Positions 32,330-44,290 of a stretch of 64,000 nucleotides of DNA are shown piece after piece; positions within the stretch are counted from its first letter, which is position 1; the number at the start of each line of letters is the position of its first letter. This DNA comes from Alphaproteobacteria bacterium. GTDB lineage: Bacteria; Pseudomonadota; Alphaproteobacteria; UBA828. Under the pieces are notes generated by a model. The model saw only the letters and a program-made list of their open reading frames with translations, ran no database searches and had not been told where the DNA came from. The stretch spans positions 736,001 to 800,000 of the forward strand of contig CBDCQT010000010.1 in NCBI GenBank assembly GCA_965220745.1, written 5' to 3'. A program made the position numbers and the translations under genes.

Positions 32330-33238
32330 ATGGCGGAGGTATCTTCAGGCGGACGCGATCTGGTGGGCTACGGCGCCAACCCGCCGGCGATCCCCTGGCC
32401 GAACGGGGCGCGGCTCGCGATCTCGGTGGTGGTGAACTACGAGGAAGGCTCGGAGTATTCACATGCCATGGGCGATGCGCACCAGGAAGGGCTCACCGAG
32501 TTCGGCAACTACTCGCTGCCCGAGAGCTACCGCAACCTCGCCATGGAATCGATGTTCGAGTACGGCTCCCGCGCCGGTGTCTGGCGCCTCCTGCGCCTCT
32601 TCGACGAAACCGGGATCAAGTCCACCTTCTATGCCTGCGCCGTCGCCTTCGAGCAGAACCCGGCGGTCGCCCGCGCGGTCGTCGCCGGCGGCCACGAGGT
32701 GTGCAGCCACGGCTGGCGCTGGGAGGAGGTGTTCCGCCTCTCGCGGGAGGAGGAGCGCGAGCACATCCGGCTCGCCATCGAGTCCTTCGAGCGCACCTGC
32801 GGCAAGCGGCCGGTGGGCTGGTACTGCCGCTTCGGGCCCTCGGTCCATACCCGCGAGCTGGTGGTGGAGGACGGCGGCTTCATCTACGATTCTGACGCCT
32901 ACAACGACGACCTGCCCTACTTCGTGGAGGTCTCGGGCAAGCGCCATCTGGTGGTGCCCTATACGTGCGATATCAATGACTTCTCCTTCTGGACGGCACC
33001 CGGCTTCCTCACCGCCGAGCACTTCTATCAATACGCGCGGGACAGCTTCGACACGCTCTACGCCGAATCCGCGACCTGCCCGAAGATGATGTCCATCGGC
33101 CTGCACCCCCGCATGATCGGCCGCCCCGGCCGTATCGCTGGGCTCAGCCGCTTCATCGAGCACGCGCAGGCACACGAGGGCGTCTGGTTCGCAACCCGCG
33201 AGGAAATCGCCCGCCACTGGCAGGAGGTGGCGGGATAG
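32330..33238 (+). CDS. Polysaccharide deacetylase family, PuuE allantoinase-like
   Basis: RDLVGYG..PP...WPNGARLA....NYEEG, ESMFEYGSRAGVWR, SHGWRW, MMSIGLHPR..GRPGR. Confidence 0.88.
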   Translation: MAEVSSGGRDLVGYGANPPAIPWPNGARLAISVVVNYEEGSEYSHAMGDAHQEGLTEFGNYSLPESYRNLAMESMFEYGSRAGVWRLLRLFDETGIKSTFYACAVAFEQNPAVARAVVAGGHEVCSHGWRWEEVFRLSREEEREHIRLAIESFERTCGKRPVGWYCRFGPSVHTRELVVEDGGFIYDSDAYNDDLPYFVEVSGKRHLVVPYTCDINDFSFWTAPGFLTAEHFYQYARDSFDTLYAESATCPKMMSIGLHPRMIGRPGRIAGLSRFIEHAQAHEGVWFATREEIARHWQEVAG

Positions 33239-33247
33239 GGAGGAGAG

Positions 33248-35015
<1,768 letters not shown>

Positions 35016-35038
35016 CGGTGACCGACCTTGCCGGGGCC

Positions 35039-36832
35039 CTAGTAGACCCGTGCCTTGAGGGGAATGGTCTCGACCTCGTTGCTGAGCGTGTGCATGTGCA
35101 CCGGCCGGTAGTCGAGCCTGGTCGCGCCGTCGTCGTCGAGCCAAGCGACACTGTGCTTGAGCCACTTCTCGTCGTCGCGGTCCGGGAAGTCCTCGCGCGC
35201 ATGGCCGCCGCGGCTTTCCTCCCGATTGAGCGCCGAGTGCAGGGTGACGCTCGCCTGGCGCATCAGGTTGTCGAGCTCGATGGTCTCGGCGAGATCGGAG
35301 TTCCAGATCAGCGAGCGATCGGCGACGCCGATGTCGTTGCGGAAGCCGTCCCAGACGCCGTCCAGCTTGCGCGCGCCCTCCTCCATGATCTCGCGGGTGC
35401 GGAAGACGCCGGCGTGCTCCTGCATGGTGCGCTGCATGTCGAGCCGTATGGAGGCCGTGGGCGTCGCACCCTTGGCGTGGCGCAGCCGGTCGAACCAGTC
35501 GAGGCTCTTGTCGAGCACGCCGTTCTGCATCGGCTTGTGCGGCGCGCCGGCCTCGACGATCTCGGCGCAGCGCTGCGCCGCCGCGCGGCCGAACACCACC
35601 AGGTCGAGCAGCGAGTTGGACCCGAGGCGGTTGGCGCCGTGGACCGAGACGCAGGCCGCCTCCCCCACCGACATCAGGCCGGGGACCACGGAATCCGGGT
35701 CGCCGTCCCGCACCGTCACCGTCTCGCCGGTGTAGATGCAGGGGATGCCGCCCATGTTGTAGTGGACGGTCGGGATCACCGGGACCGGCTCCTCCAACGG
35801 CTCGACGCCGGCGAAGATGCGGGCCGTCTCGGTGATGCCGGGGAGGCGCTCGTTCAGCACCTCCGCGCCGAGATGGTCCATCTTCAGGTGCATGTGGTCC
35901 TTCTCGGGCCCGCAGCCGCGCCCCTCGCGAATCTCCATGGTGATCGCGCGGCTCACCACGTCCCGCGAGGCGAGGTCCTTGGCGTTGGGCGCGTAGCGCT
36001 CCATGAAGCGCTCGCCCTCGGAGTTGATCAGATAGCCGCCCTCGCCCCGCGCGCCCTCGCTCATCAGGCAGCCGGAGCCGTAGATGCCGGTGGGGTGGAA
36101 CTGCACGAACTCCATGTCCTGCAGGGGCAGGCCTGCGCGCAGCACCATGGCGTTGCCGTCGCCCGTGCAGGTGTGGGCCGAGGTCGCGGAGAAGTAGGCG
36201 CGGCCGTAGCCGCCGGTGGCCAGGATCACCATGTGGGCGCGGAAGAGGTGCAGCGTGCCGTCGTCCAGGTTCCAGGCGAGCACGCCGCGACACGCGCCTT
36301 CCTCGTCCATTACCAGGTCGAGGGCGAAGTACTCGATGAAGAACGCCGCCTTGTGGCGCAGCGACTGCTGGTAGAGCGTGTGCAGGATGGCGTGGCCGGT
36401 GCGATCAGCGGCGGCACAGGTGCGGTGCGCCTGCTTCTCGCCGTAGTTCAGCGACATGCCGCCGAAGGCGCGCTGGTAGATCTTTCCGTCCGGCGTGCGG
36501 GAGAAGGGCACGCCGTAGTGCTCCAGCTCGATGACCGCGCGCGGGCCCTCCTTGCACAGGTACTCGATCGCGTCCTGATCGCCGAGCCAGTCCGATCCCT
36601 TGACGGTGTCGTACATGTGCCAGCGCCAGTCGTCCTCCTCCATGTTGCCGAGCGCAGCCGAGATGCCGCCCTGAGCCGCCACCGTGTGGCTGCGGGTGGG
36701 GAAGAGCTTGCTGATGCAGGCGGTCTGCAGCCCGGCCTCGGCGAGGCCGAGTGTCGCCCGAAGCCCCGCGCCGCCGGCGCCCACCACCACCACGTCGTCG
36801 TGATGCTCGGCGATCGGGTAGGCCGACGTCAT
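35039..36832 (-). CDS. sdhA: Succinate dehydrogenase flavoprotein subunit
   Basis: [10 protein letters not shown] (FAD-His), [17 protein letters not shown]. Confidence 0.98.
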   Translation of the reverse strand: MTSAYPIAEHHDDVVVVGAGGAGLRATLGLAEAGLQTACISKLFPTRSHTVAAQGGISAALGNMEEDDWRWHMYDTVKGSDWLGDQDAIEYLCKEGPRAVIELEHYGVPFSRTPDGKIYQRAFGGMSLNYGEKQAHRTCAAADRTGHAILHTLYQQSLRHKAAFFIEYFALDLVMDEEGACRGVLAWNLDDGTLHLFRAHMVILATGGYGRAYFSATSAHTCTGDGNAMVLRAGLPLQDMEFVQFHPTGIYGSGCLMSEGARGEGGYLINSEGERFMERYAPNAKDLASRDVVSRAITMEIREGRGCGPEKDHMHLKMDHLGAEVLNERLPGITETARIFAGVEPLEEPVPVIPTVHYNMGGIPCIYTGETVTVRDGDPDSVVPGLMSVGEAACVSVHGANRLGSNSLLDLVVFGRAAAQRCAEIVEAGAPHKPMQNGVLDKSLDWFDRLRHAKGATPTASIRLDMQRTMQEHAGVFRTREIMEEGARKLDGVWDGFRNDIGVADRSLIWNSDLAETIELDNLMRQASVTLHSALNREESRGGHAREDFPDRDDEKWLKHSVAWLDDDGATRLDYRPVHMHTLSNEVETIPLKARVY

Positions 36833-36836
36833 GCGC

Positions 36837-37220
36837 TCACCCCTGCACCGCGATCAGGATCACGGAATAGAGCGAGGCGAGGCAGAGCACGAGGCATAGC
36901 AGGGTGTTAAGGATCAGCAGCACCCACTTGCACTTGCCGTGCACGTAGTCCTCGATCACCACCTGCAGGCCGAGCTTCAGGTGATAGAAGGTCGCGCCGA
37001 GGAAGAGCAGCATCAGCACCGCCGCGACCGGGCCGGATAGCCAGTCGACGAAGTCGTCGCGGTCCGCGCCCGCTGCGATGAGCGACCAGAGCGAGCCCAC
37101 GAACCAGAGCGAGAGCGGCACCAGCAGGATCGCGGTCAGTCGCTGCCACCACCAATGGTTGACGCCTTCCTTGGCGGAGCCCAGGTGGCGAACCTTGGCG
37201 AGCGGAGTCTGCAAAGCCAT
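36837..37220 (-). CDS. sdhD: Succinate dehydrogenase membrane anchor
   Basis: [31 protein letters not shown]. Confidence 0.95.
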   Translation of the reverse strand: MALQTPLAKVRHLGSAKEGVNHWWWQRLTAILLVPLSLWFVGSLWSLIAAGADRDDFVDWLSGPVAAVLMLLFLGATFYHLKLGLQVVIEDYVHGKCKWVLLILNTLLCLVLCLASLYSVILIAVQG

Positions 37221-37228
37221 GACGCGCC

Positions 37229-37645
37229 TCAGCCGGCCAGATTGCAGGCGAGGCCGAGGCCCCAGGAGAGGCCGGCCAGCACGAACGAAGCGACGACCAC
37301 GGCGATGCCCGAGCCATAGGTCTCGCGGAGCGAGAGACACATGCCGGCATCCCAGAACAGGTGCCGGACGCCATTGCAGAGGTGGTAGAAGAGGCACCAC
37401 GACCAGGCGGCCAGCAGCGCGTAGCCGAGCCACGAGGTCAGGAACCACGCGGTCCAGTCGTAGTAGCGCTCGCCTGCGGCGGCGGTCAGCAGCCAGGCGC
37501 AGAGCATCGCCGCGCCGGACGCCAGAATCACGCCGGTCATGCGGTGCAGGATCGAGAGCACCGAGGTGAGCTGCGGCCGATAAATTGTGAGATGGGGCGA
37601 GATCGGTCGCGCGCGGGTGCCGCCACCGCTTGATTGATCTGCCAC
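37229..37645 (-). CDS. sdhC: Succinate dehydrogenase cytochrome b556 subunit
   Basis: RPISPHLTIY, SILHRMTG, HLCNGVRHLFWD. Confidence 0.95.
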   Translation of the reverse strand: MADQSSGGGTRARPISPHLTIYRPQLTSVLSILHRMTGVILASGAAMLCAWLLTAAAGERYYDWTAWFLTSWLGYALLAAWSWCLFYHLCNGVRHLFWDAGMCLSLRETYGSGIAVVVASFVLAGLSWGLGLACNLAG

Positions 37646-37747
37646 GAATTCACCCCCGAAATCCGGCCCTGAGCCGGGCCGTATCAGCGCCTGAGATTTA
37701 GCCCCGGAGGCGGAACCGAGTCAACGCGCGCGGCCTAACTTCACGTG

Positions 37748-38146
37748 CTAATGATCGAAGTGGTAGACGATTTGATCGAAGCGGTCGCGTGGGAAGGAGA
37801 ACACGAAGACCAGCGGCTCTGGACCGGTGCAGCGGATGGCGTGGCGGGCATCCGGCGGGATGTAGATGGCGCAGCCGGGTCCCACCGCTTGCGTGCGGCC
37901 CTCGATCTCCATCTCCCCGCGCCCGCTCATGATGTAGTAGGTCTCGGCGGGCTCGTGGTAGTGGCGCATGAGCTCGGCGCCGGGCGTGATCTCCGCGATC
38001 CCGGTGATGAGACCAACGCTCTGCGTGCTCTCGCCAGCGATCAGCAGCTTCCAGCGGATGCCGCTGCCCGTGGCGAGGTCGGCGTCCTCTCCCCCCTCCC
38101 AGTCGAGCGTGGCCTGATCGACGATGGCTGGCCCAGGCACGGTCAT
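37748..38146 (-). CDS. Cupin protein, DddK/DddW (DMSP lyase)-like
   Basis: GIRWKLLI...GIAEITPG..L..HYHEPAETY...YIP..A.HA...FP.DRF..IVY; strong AAGGAGG RBS before the ATG at 38146. Confidence 0.75.
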   Translation of the reverse strand: MTVPGPAIVDQATLDWEGGEDADLATGSGIRWKLLIAGESTQSVGLITGIAEITPGAELMRHYHEPAETYYIMSGRGEMEIEGRTQAVGPGCAIYIPPDARHAIRCTGPEPLVFVFSFPRDRFDQIVYHFDH

Positions 38147-38189
38147 CGGCCCCTCCTTTGCCGGTGCGCGATACGAGCGCCCTGGCCCG

Positions 38190-39146
38190 TCAGTCAATCC
38201 GGTTGCACGCGTTCACCGGCGCATCGCCGGCGAGCACCCGCACCACCTCCTCCGCGCCCCGCTGCCTGAGCTCCGCCAGCGAGGCATCGGAGGAGAAGGC
38301 CACGTGCGGGGTCGCGATTACGTCCGCGCGGGCGACGAGCGCTGCAGGCGGGCTCGGCTCGCCCTCCACCACGTCGAGGCCGGCGCCGGCGAGCTGGCCG
38401 GCGTCCAATGCTTCGATCAGTGCATCGTTGTCGACCACCGGGCCGCGGCTCACGTTGATGAGGAAGGCGCCCGGCTTGACGCCGGCGAGGAACGCCGCAT
38501 CCACCAGGTGATGCGTCGCGTCGGTGAGCGGCAGGTGGACGACGATGATGTCGGAGTTGGCGGCGATGCGGTCGAGCCCGACCATTTGCGCTGGCACGGC
38601 CCCAGGCGGCGCGGCGATATCGTGGCCCAGCACGGTCATGCCGAGCGCGTCCAGCTTCCGCGCGGTGCAGCGCCCGATGCGCCCCATGCCGAGGATGCCG
38701 GCAGTCAGCGTCGCCCCACGGCGAAGGCGGGCGCCGGAGGGGTCCCATACGCCCGTCTTCACGGCACGGTCGAAGTGAACCACGCCACGGAACCAGGCGT
38801 AGGCCATGGCCACCGCGTGGTCTGAAACCTCCTCCACGCAATAGTCCGGCACGTTGGCGACCCAGGCGCCGCGCGCGGTCGCCGCGTCCACCGCGATGTT
38901 GTCGAGCCCGACGCCCAGCCGCTGCACGATCTTGAGTGCCGAGGGGCGCGCGATAGCGGCGGCGGAGATTTGGGCCCAGCAGGTGAGGATGGCGGCGGGA
39001 TCGTGTTCATCCACCATGGCTTCGACCGCCTCCGCCGGGCTTGGCTCGGAAGGGCCCGCCACCAGTGTGTGGCCGGCGTCTTCGAGCACCGCACGCTCAA
39101 TGCTCACGTCGGGCCAGGCGAAGTCTGTCTGAAGCACGGTCGCCAT
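38190..39146 (-). CDS. D-isomer-specific 2-hydroxyacid dehydrogenase (CtBP-like)
   Basis: GVGLDNI, NVPDYCVEEVSDHA, GMGRIG, NVSRG, LDV..EP, TPHVA. Confidence 0.92.
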   Translation of the reverse strand: MATVLQTDFAWPDVSIERAVLEDAGHTLVAGPSEPSPAEAVEAMVDEHDPAAILTCWAQISAAAIARPSALKIVQRLGVGLDNIAVDAATARGAWVANVPDYCVEEVSDHAVAMAYAWFRGVVHFDRAVKTGVWDPSGARLRRGATLTAGILGMGRIGRCTARKLDALGMTVLGHDIAAPPGAVPAQMVGLDRIAANSDIIVVHLPLTDATHHLVDAAFLAGVKPGAFLINVSRGPVVDNDALIEALDAGQLAGAGLDVVEGEPSPPAALVARADVIATPHVAFSSDASLAELRQRGAEEVVRVLAGDAPVNACNRID

Positions 39147-39505
39147 GGGTCATTCTCCCTCATGCCGTGGGGGGCCGTCGCGCTTGCGCCTATCGTAAAC
39201 TGCATGTCTTGGCAGGGTCATCGCGGAAAGCACCGGGGCGAGGCATTGAGAGCGAGCTGTAGACACCGCTGGCCGCCGGCGGCAGCGTAGGCCGTCGCCG
39301 GCGGCCAAGGGGCGGGAGCTGCGGGCAGGGAGGAACCCGGTCCCGCCCCTCCCGGCCGGAACCTGCCTTGCGATCCGTTCTTGGCGGAGTTGGACGCGCG
39401 TTCCGCCAAATCTATGCAAGATCGGCCAGTGGGCGGCTATTCAGAGATGGCACCGCCGGACGATAATTGCCAATAGAATTTTTCTGGGAGGGCTATGAAA
39501 AACAT

Positions 39506-40381
39506 TTATACGTCGCCTGCAGTCTTTGGCTGGGCAACGGCCAGGAGGTCGTAGCCGAGTTCCGTCGGCGCGAGCCGGCAGGCCAGCGCGTCGAGCCAGC
39601 CAATCGGCCGGGAACTGACGACCTTCCGCTCGGACAGCAGGCTCTCAGCCCCGACGCTCGCCACCCGGAAACCAGTCTCCGAAAGGTCGCGGTGCACTTC
39701 GTCGAGCGTATAGAGGTGGTAGAACAGGCGGATCTTACCGTCGGCTTGGTTGCGCTGGTAAAGGACGTCGCCCGGCTCGAGCGTGCCTTCGCGCACCAGA
39801 GGCTCCGAATCGCGCTGCTCGGCGCGGAACCGGCGTTTCGCGTTCGGAACGCTGAGGATCAGGGTGCCTTCCGCCTTCAGCATGGTGCGGATGGCCCGCA
39901 GCAGACGCAGGCGCTCCGAACGCTTGGCAACGTGTGCCAGGACCCCGAAAGCCAACAACGCGAGGTCGAAGGCCTGCGGTAGTTCGGCGGCCAGGTCGTC
40001 TGGGTCATCCCCCCGAATGATCAGGCGTTCGTCGCTTACGAAGCCGCGCAGGCGTTCCGCCAGCGTCTCGCGCGCGACCGGGCTGATGTCGTGGGCCACG
40101 CAGCGCGTCCCGTTCATTTGCAGGAGCGGCAGGGTGTAGCGCCCGGTGCCGGCGCCGACGTCGAGAAACCAGCCACCGGCAACCAGGCACCGTTTCATCT
40201 TCCGCAGAGTGCGCCGGTTCGGGCGTGGGTAACGCCGGTCGTAGAGGCCCGAAGAGATATAGCGACCGTAGCTGCCGGACATGTCCGGCAGTTCCGGCCC
40301 ATGCGGGTGAGCCGATGGTGTCGCGTCGGCCACGATCTGTTCCGCGGCCTTGGGGGCCACCGCCATTCTTCCGTCAAACAT
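39506..40381 (-). CDS. Class I SAM-dependent methyltransferase (start uncertain)
   Basis: FLDVGAGTGRY motif I, HDIS, LKAEG. Confidence 0.8.
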   Translation of the reverse strand: MFDGRMAVAPKAAEQIVADATPSAHPHGPELPDMSGSYGRYISSGLYDRRYPRPNRRTLRKMKRCLVAGGWFLDVGAGTGRYTLPLLQMNGTRCVAHDISPVARETLAERLRGFVSDERLIIRGDDPDDLAAELPQAFDLALLAFGVLAHVAKRSERLRLLRAIRTMLKAEGTLILSVPNAKRRFRAEQRDSEPLVREGTLEPGDVLYQRNQADGKIRLFYHLYTLDEVHRDLSETGFRVASVGAESLLSERKVVSSRPIGWLDALACRLAPTELGYDLLAVAQPKTAGDV

Positions 40382-40486
40382 CCTGCGTCCTCGAACAGGA
40401 TGTATGCACTCAATCGCGATTCGTATGCTGCCAGTCTTCGGGAGTCGCCGTCAAATTTTCGTGATACTCCGGATTTCCCAACCCGA

Positions 40487-40744
40487 TTATGGCAACCGGT
40501 CCTCAGGCTCCGGTGGCTGGCCGCCCTCCCTGCGCAGCAGGCGGCGCGCCGCCTCGATGTCGGCGTCGGCTTTTCGGGTGGCGAAGAAATCGGCGGTTTT
40601 CATGGCGGAAACCTTCTCGGCGACAGCGGTCGCCACGAATTGGTTGAAGCTGGTGCCATCTTCCCTGGCGATGTGCGCAGCGGCCTCCTTCAAGGACTTG
40701 GGCAGCCGCAGCGGGTAGGTGCTGGTCTCCTTCTTCGCCATCAC
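40487..40744 (-). CDS. RHH/HicB-like antitoxin
   Basis: YPLRLPKSLK...A..DGTSFNQF...AVAEKV; overlaps the PIN gene (ATGA). Confidence 0.85.
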   Translation of the reverse strand: MMAKKETSTYPLRLPKSLKEAAAHIAREDGTSFNQFVATAVAEKVSAMKTADFFATRKADADIEAARRLLRREGGQPPEPEDRLP

Positions 40745-41157
40745 AAGCTCCTCAAGGCCTCCCGGGGCGTCTGCAGCGCGATTCCGAACTGCGCCGGGGC
40801 ATCGCCGAAGTCACGCCGGTTGAACGTCACCAGAGCGTCGGCTCTGCCGTTCACGGCAGTCTCGAACACCATCTCGTCGGCGGGATCGCGGAGCTGAGGG
40901 CGCCACAAATAGCGCACATCGACCGGCTCGCACACCGCACAAAGCGCCGAGACGATGGTCGACACCTCTTCCTCACTCAATCCCGACGCGATCCGCTGCG
41001 CCGGATCGCGGCAGACCGCCTCGTATTCCAACATCAGAGCCACGGACAGCAAGAGCGTGAACCTCTCACTCAAGGCATGATCGAGCAGCGCTGCGGAGGC
41101 GCCGCCCGGGCTGCGCAGACCCGCGACCACGACATTGGTGTCTAATACATATCGCAT
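40741..41157 (-). CDS. PIN-domain toxin
   Basis: MRYVLDTNVVVAGLRS, EYE, LRDPADEMV, LVTFN..DF. Confidence 0.9.
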   Translation of the reverse strand: MRYVLDTNVVVAGLRSPGGASAALLDHALSERFTLLLSVALMLEYEAVCRDPAQRIASGLSEEEVSTIVSALCAVCEPVDVRYLWRPQLRDPADEMVFETAVNGRADALVTFNRRDFGDAPAQFGIALQTPREALRSL

Positions 41158-41185
41158 CATATATGATGTCACATGATATACGATG
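41155..41185. promoter_or_regulatory. Two palindromic boxes (CATCATATATGATG; CATGATATACGATG), likely TA autoregulatory operators
   Basis: One perfect 14-bp palindrome over the toxin start and a second imperfect copy 3 bp away. Confidence 0.55.
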
Positions 41186-41197
41186 ACAAGCCTAAAG

Positions 41198-41851
41198 TCA
41201 GGGAGAGCTACGCAGCATCGCGAGCGCCATGCCGACCGCAGCCTGCGAGGGGTCGATGACGGGGCAGCCGAGATGCGCCTCCAGCGGCGCCCGGTAACGC
41301 GCCATGCCGGCGCAGCCGAGGACGATCACGTCCGCACCGTCCTCGTCGCGCAACCGCTCCGCCACGTGCGTCACGCGGTCGGCGACGATGTCTCCCTGTG
41401 CAAGCTGGGTGACCCCGAGCCCGATGGCGCGCTCGCCGGCCATGCGTGCGCTCAGACCGAGCGACGCGATGTAGCGCCGGTGACGCGGGATCGAGCCCTC
41501 GAGGATGGCGACGATGCCGAAGCGCTCGCCCCGCGCGAGCGCCGCCAGGATGCCGCATTGCGCGATGCCGAAGACCGGCGTAAGCGTCGCCTCCCGCGCC
41601 GCGTGGAGGCCGGGGTCGGAGAAGCAGGCGATGACGAAGGCGTCCGCGCTCTCCCGCTCGATCGCGCGGCAGAGCGGTGCCACCACCTCGTCGACATGGC
41701 GTTGGGTCTCGATGCCGGGCGGGCCTTCGGGGAGCGTCATGCAGTCGATTGCAGGCCCGCCCTCGAAGCGCAGGCCATTCACCGCGCGCGCGATATCGTC
41801 GGTGACCGTCGCGCTGCTGTTCGGGTTGATGACGAGGATGCGGGCGCTCAC
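41198..41851 (-). CDS. Hydantoin/Asp/Glu racemase
   Basis: ILVINPNSS, IACFSDPG and VLGCAGM (two catalytic Cys); GTG start overlaps the upstream stop. Confidence 0.9.
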   Translation of the reverse strand: MSARILVINPNSSATVTDDIARAVNGLRFEGGPAIDCMTLPEGPPGIETQRHVDEVVAPLCRAIERESADAFVIACFSDPGLHAAREATLTPVFGIAQCGILAALARGERFGIVAILEGSIPRHRRYIASLGLSARMAGERAIGLGVTQLAQGDIVADRVTHVAERLRDEDGADVIVLGCAGMARYRAPLEAHLGCPVIDPSQAAVGMALAMLRSSP

Positions 41852-42792
41852 GGTGCCTTCCCGCGCGGCGGCACGAGGCCCGTGGTCTCGACGATCAGGC
41901 CGTAATGCTCGGTGCGGCGGTGAGCCGCGAAGTCGAAGGTGCTGGACTTGAGGAAGGCGCCGTCGTCCAGGTCGCAGGCAGCGACGATAACCTCGTCGTC
42001 CACCGAGCGGGCCTGCGCCACGATCTCGCCGTTGGGCGAGACGATGGCGCTGCCGCCCAGCATGTCCACGCCCTCCTCCCGGCCAGCCTTGGCGACGCCC
42101 ACAACCCAGGCGCCGTTCTGATAGGCGCCGGCCTGCATGGTGAGGTGATTGTGGAAGGCGCGCCGGTGCGGCGGCTCGAAGGCGAGGCCGTTGAGCGCCG
42201 GCGTGTTGTAGCCGATCAGCACCAGCTCGACGCCCTGCAGGCCGAGCACGCGGAAGGCCTCGGGCCAGCGCCGGTCGTTGCAGATCAGCATGCCGACGCG
42301 GCCGCCGAGCGTCTCCCACACCGGAAAGCCGAGATTGCCCACCTCGAAGTAGCGCTTCTCCAGGTGCTGGAACTCGCGCTCGGGCTCGTGCTCGGCGTGG
42401 CCCGGCAGGTGGACCTTGCGGTACTTGCCGACGACCGCGCCCGTCTTGTCCACCAGGATGGCCGTGTTGAAGCGGCGGGTCTTCCCGTCCTCCTGCACCA
42501 GCTCGGCGTAACCGAGGTGGAAGGCGACGCCGAGGGCAGCAGCCTCGTCGAACAGCGGCCGGGTCTCGGGGCCCGGCATCTCCGCCTCGAAGAACGCGTC
42601 CGCCTCCGCGTCGTCCAGCAGCCAGCGCGGGAAGAACGTGGTGAGCGCGAGCTCCGGATAGACCACGAGGTCGGCACCGCGCCCTGCCGCCTCGCCCATC
42701 AGCGCGATCATGCGCGCGACCACGGCAGCCCGCGGCTCGGCGCGGGCGATGGGGCCGAGCTGCGCCGCTGCGACGGTGACGATCCGGCTCAT
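41848..42792 (-). CDS. N-carbamoyl-D-amino acid amidohydrolase (nitrilase superfamily)
   Basis: PELALTTFFPRW, YRKVHLPGH, HLEKRYF, ICNDRRWPE (Glu-Lys-Cys triad). Confidence 0.92.
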   Translation of the reverse strand: MSRIVTVAAAQLGPIARAEPRAAVVARMIALMGEAAGRGADLVVYPELALTTFFPRWLLDDAEADAFFEAEMPGPETRPLFDEAAALGVAFHLGYAELVQEDGKTRRFNTAILVDKTGAVVGKYRKVHLPGHAEHEPEREFQHLEKRYFEVGNLGFPVWETLGGRVGMLICNDRRWPEAFRVLGLQGVELVLIGYNTPALNGLAFEPPHRRAFHNHLTMQAGAYQNGAWVVGVAKAGREEGVDMLGGSAIVSPNGEIVAQARSVDDEVIVAACDLDDGAFLKSSTFDFAAHRRTEHYGLIVETTGLVPPRGKAP

Positions 42793-44279
42793 GTCTCGCC
42801 CTCCCTCGCCCATGGGGCGTCGTAGTCGCCGCTCTCCGGCGCGAAGCCGTGGACCCGTCGGCCCAGAGGGTGCGCGGCTGCCGGCAGGTCGCAGCGCAGG
42901 AATTCGCCGCGGCCCGGCTCGCCCAGAACCGCGCCGTCGTCCCAGACGATCATGCCGCGGGAGAGCGTGGTCACCGGCCAGCCGGTGACCGTGCGGCCTT
43001 CGTAGGGCGTGTAGTCGAGATTGTCGTGCAGCATGTCCTGCGAGATCGTCACCCGCCGCTCTGGGTCCCAGATCGCGATGTCGGCGTCGCCGCCGACCGC
43101 GATGGAGCCCTTGCGCGGATAGAGGCCGTAGAGCTTCGCCGGCCGGGTGCAGCAGAGGTCGACGAAGCGGTTGAGGCTTATGCGTCCCGAGCCCACGCCG
43201 GCCGAGAACAGCATCGGCAGGCGGATTTCGAGCCCCGGCACGCCGTTCGCGATCCGGTTGAAGGGCGCGCCCTTGCCGTGCATCTGCTTGCCCTCCGGGT
43301 CGTCGTAGCGATAGGGCGCGTGGTCGGAGGAGAAGACATCGAACACGCCGCCCTCCAGCCCGCGCCAGACATGCTCCTGGTTCGCCGCATCGCGCGGCGG
43401 CGGGCTGCAGACGTACTTCGCGCCCTTGAAGCCCTCGCGGTCGAGGTCGGCGGCGGTGAGGAAGAGATACTGCGGGCAGGTCTCGGCGTAGAGTCTGAGC
43501 CCGCGCGCCTTGGCTGCGCGGATTTCCTCCATCGCCGCGCGCGCCGAGACATGCACGATCAGGATCGGCAGATCGACGATCTCGGCGAGGGTAATCGCGC
43601 GGTGGGTGGCCTCGCGCTCGGCCGCCGCGGCATGGGCCACCCCGTGGAACTGGGGGGCGGAACGGCCGGCGCCGATCAGCCGCTCCGTGAGCCAGGCGAT
43701 GACGTCGTGGTTCTCGGCGTGGACCATCACCATGGCGCCCTCGCGCCGCGCCGCCGCGAGCACGTCGAGAACCTGGCGGTCGTCCAGCTTGAGCGCGTCG
43801 TAGGTCATGTAGATCTTGAACGAGGTGTAGCCGTCCTTGATCAGCGCCGGCAGTTCCTGCCCCAACACCTGCTCGGTCGGGTCCGAGACGATCAGGTGGA
43901 ATGCGTAATCGATCACCGCCTTGCCGCGGGCGCGCGCGTGATAGTCCTCGACCACGGCGCGGAGCGATTGCCCCCGATGCTGGGCCGCGAAGGGGATGAT
44001 GCAGGTGGTGCCGCCGCAGGCAGCCGAGATGGAGCCGGAGCGGAAGTCGTCCGCCGTGGTGGCGCCCATGGAGGACGGCTGGTCGATGTGGCAGTGGCTG
44101 TCGACCCCGCCTGGCAGCACGAGCTTGTCCGCAGCGTCGATCTCGTCCGCGCCGGGGCCGAGGCCTTCCGCGAGTGCGACCACACGGCCGTCGCGGATAC
44201 CGACGTCGCAGGCCACCGTGTCGGCGGCCGTGGCCACGGTGCCACCGCGTATGACGAGATCGTAGTCGGTGGAAGCCAT
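42789..44279 (-). CDS. hydA: Dihydropyrimidinase/D-hydantoinase
   Basis: PGGVDSHCH, SFKIYMTY, VHAEN, ETCPQY, CSPPPR, SSDHAP. Confidence 0.92.
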   Translation of the reverse strand: MASTDYDLVIRGGTVATAADTVACDVGIRDGRVVALAEGLGPGADEIDAADKLVLPGGVDSHCHIDQPSSMGATTADDFRSGSISAACGGTTCIIPFAAQHRGQSLRAVVEDYHARARGKAVIDYAFHLIVSDPTEQVLGQELPALIKDGYTSFKIYMTYDALKLDDRQVLDVLAAARREGAMVMVHAENHDVIAWLTERLIGAGRSAPQFHGVAHAAAAEREATHRAITLAEIVDLPILIVHVSARAAMEEIRAAKARGLRLYAETCPQYLFLTAADLDREGFKGAKYVCSPPPRDAANQEHVWRGLEGGVFDVFSSDHAPYRYDDPEGKQMHGKGAPFNRIANGVPGLEIRLPMLFSAGVGSGRISLNRFVDLCCTRPAKLYGLYPRKGSIAVGGDADIAIWDPERRVTISQDMLHDNLDYTPYEGRTVTGWPVTTLSRGMIVWDDGAVLGEPGRGEFLRCDLPAAAHPLGRRVHGFAPESGDYDAPWAREGET

Positions 44280-44290
44280 CGTGCGCCCCG

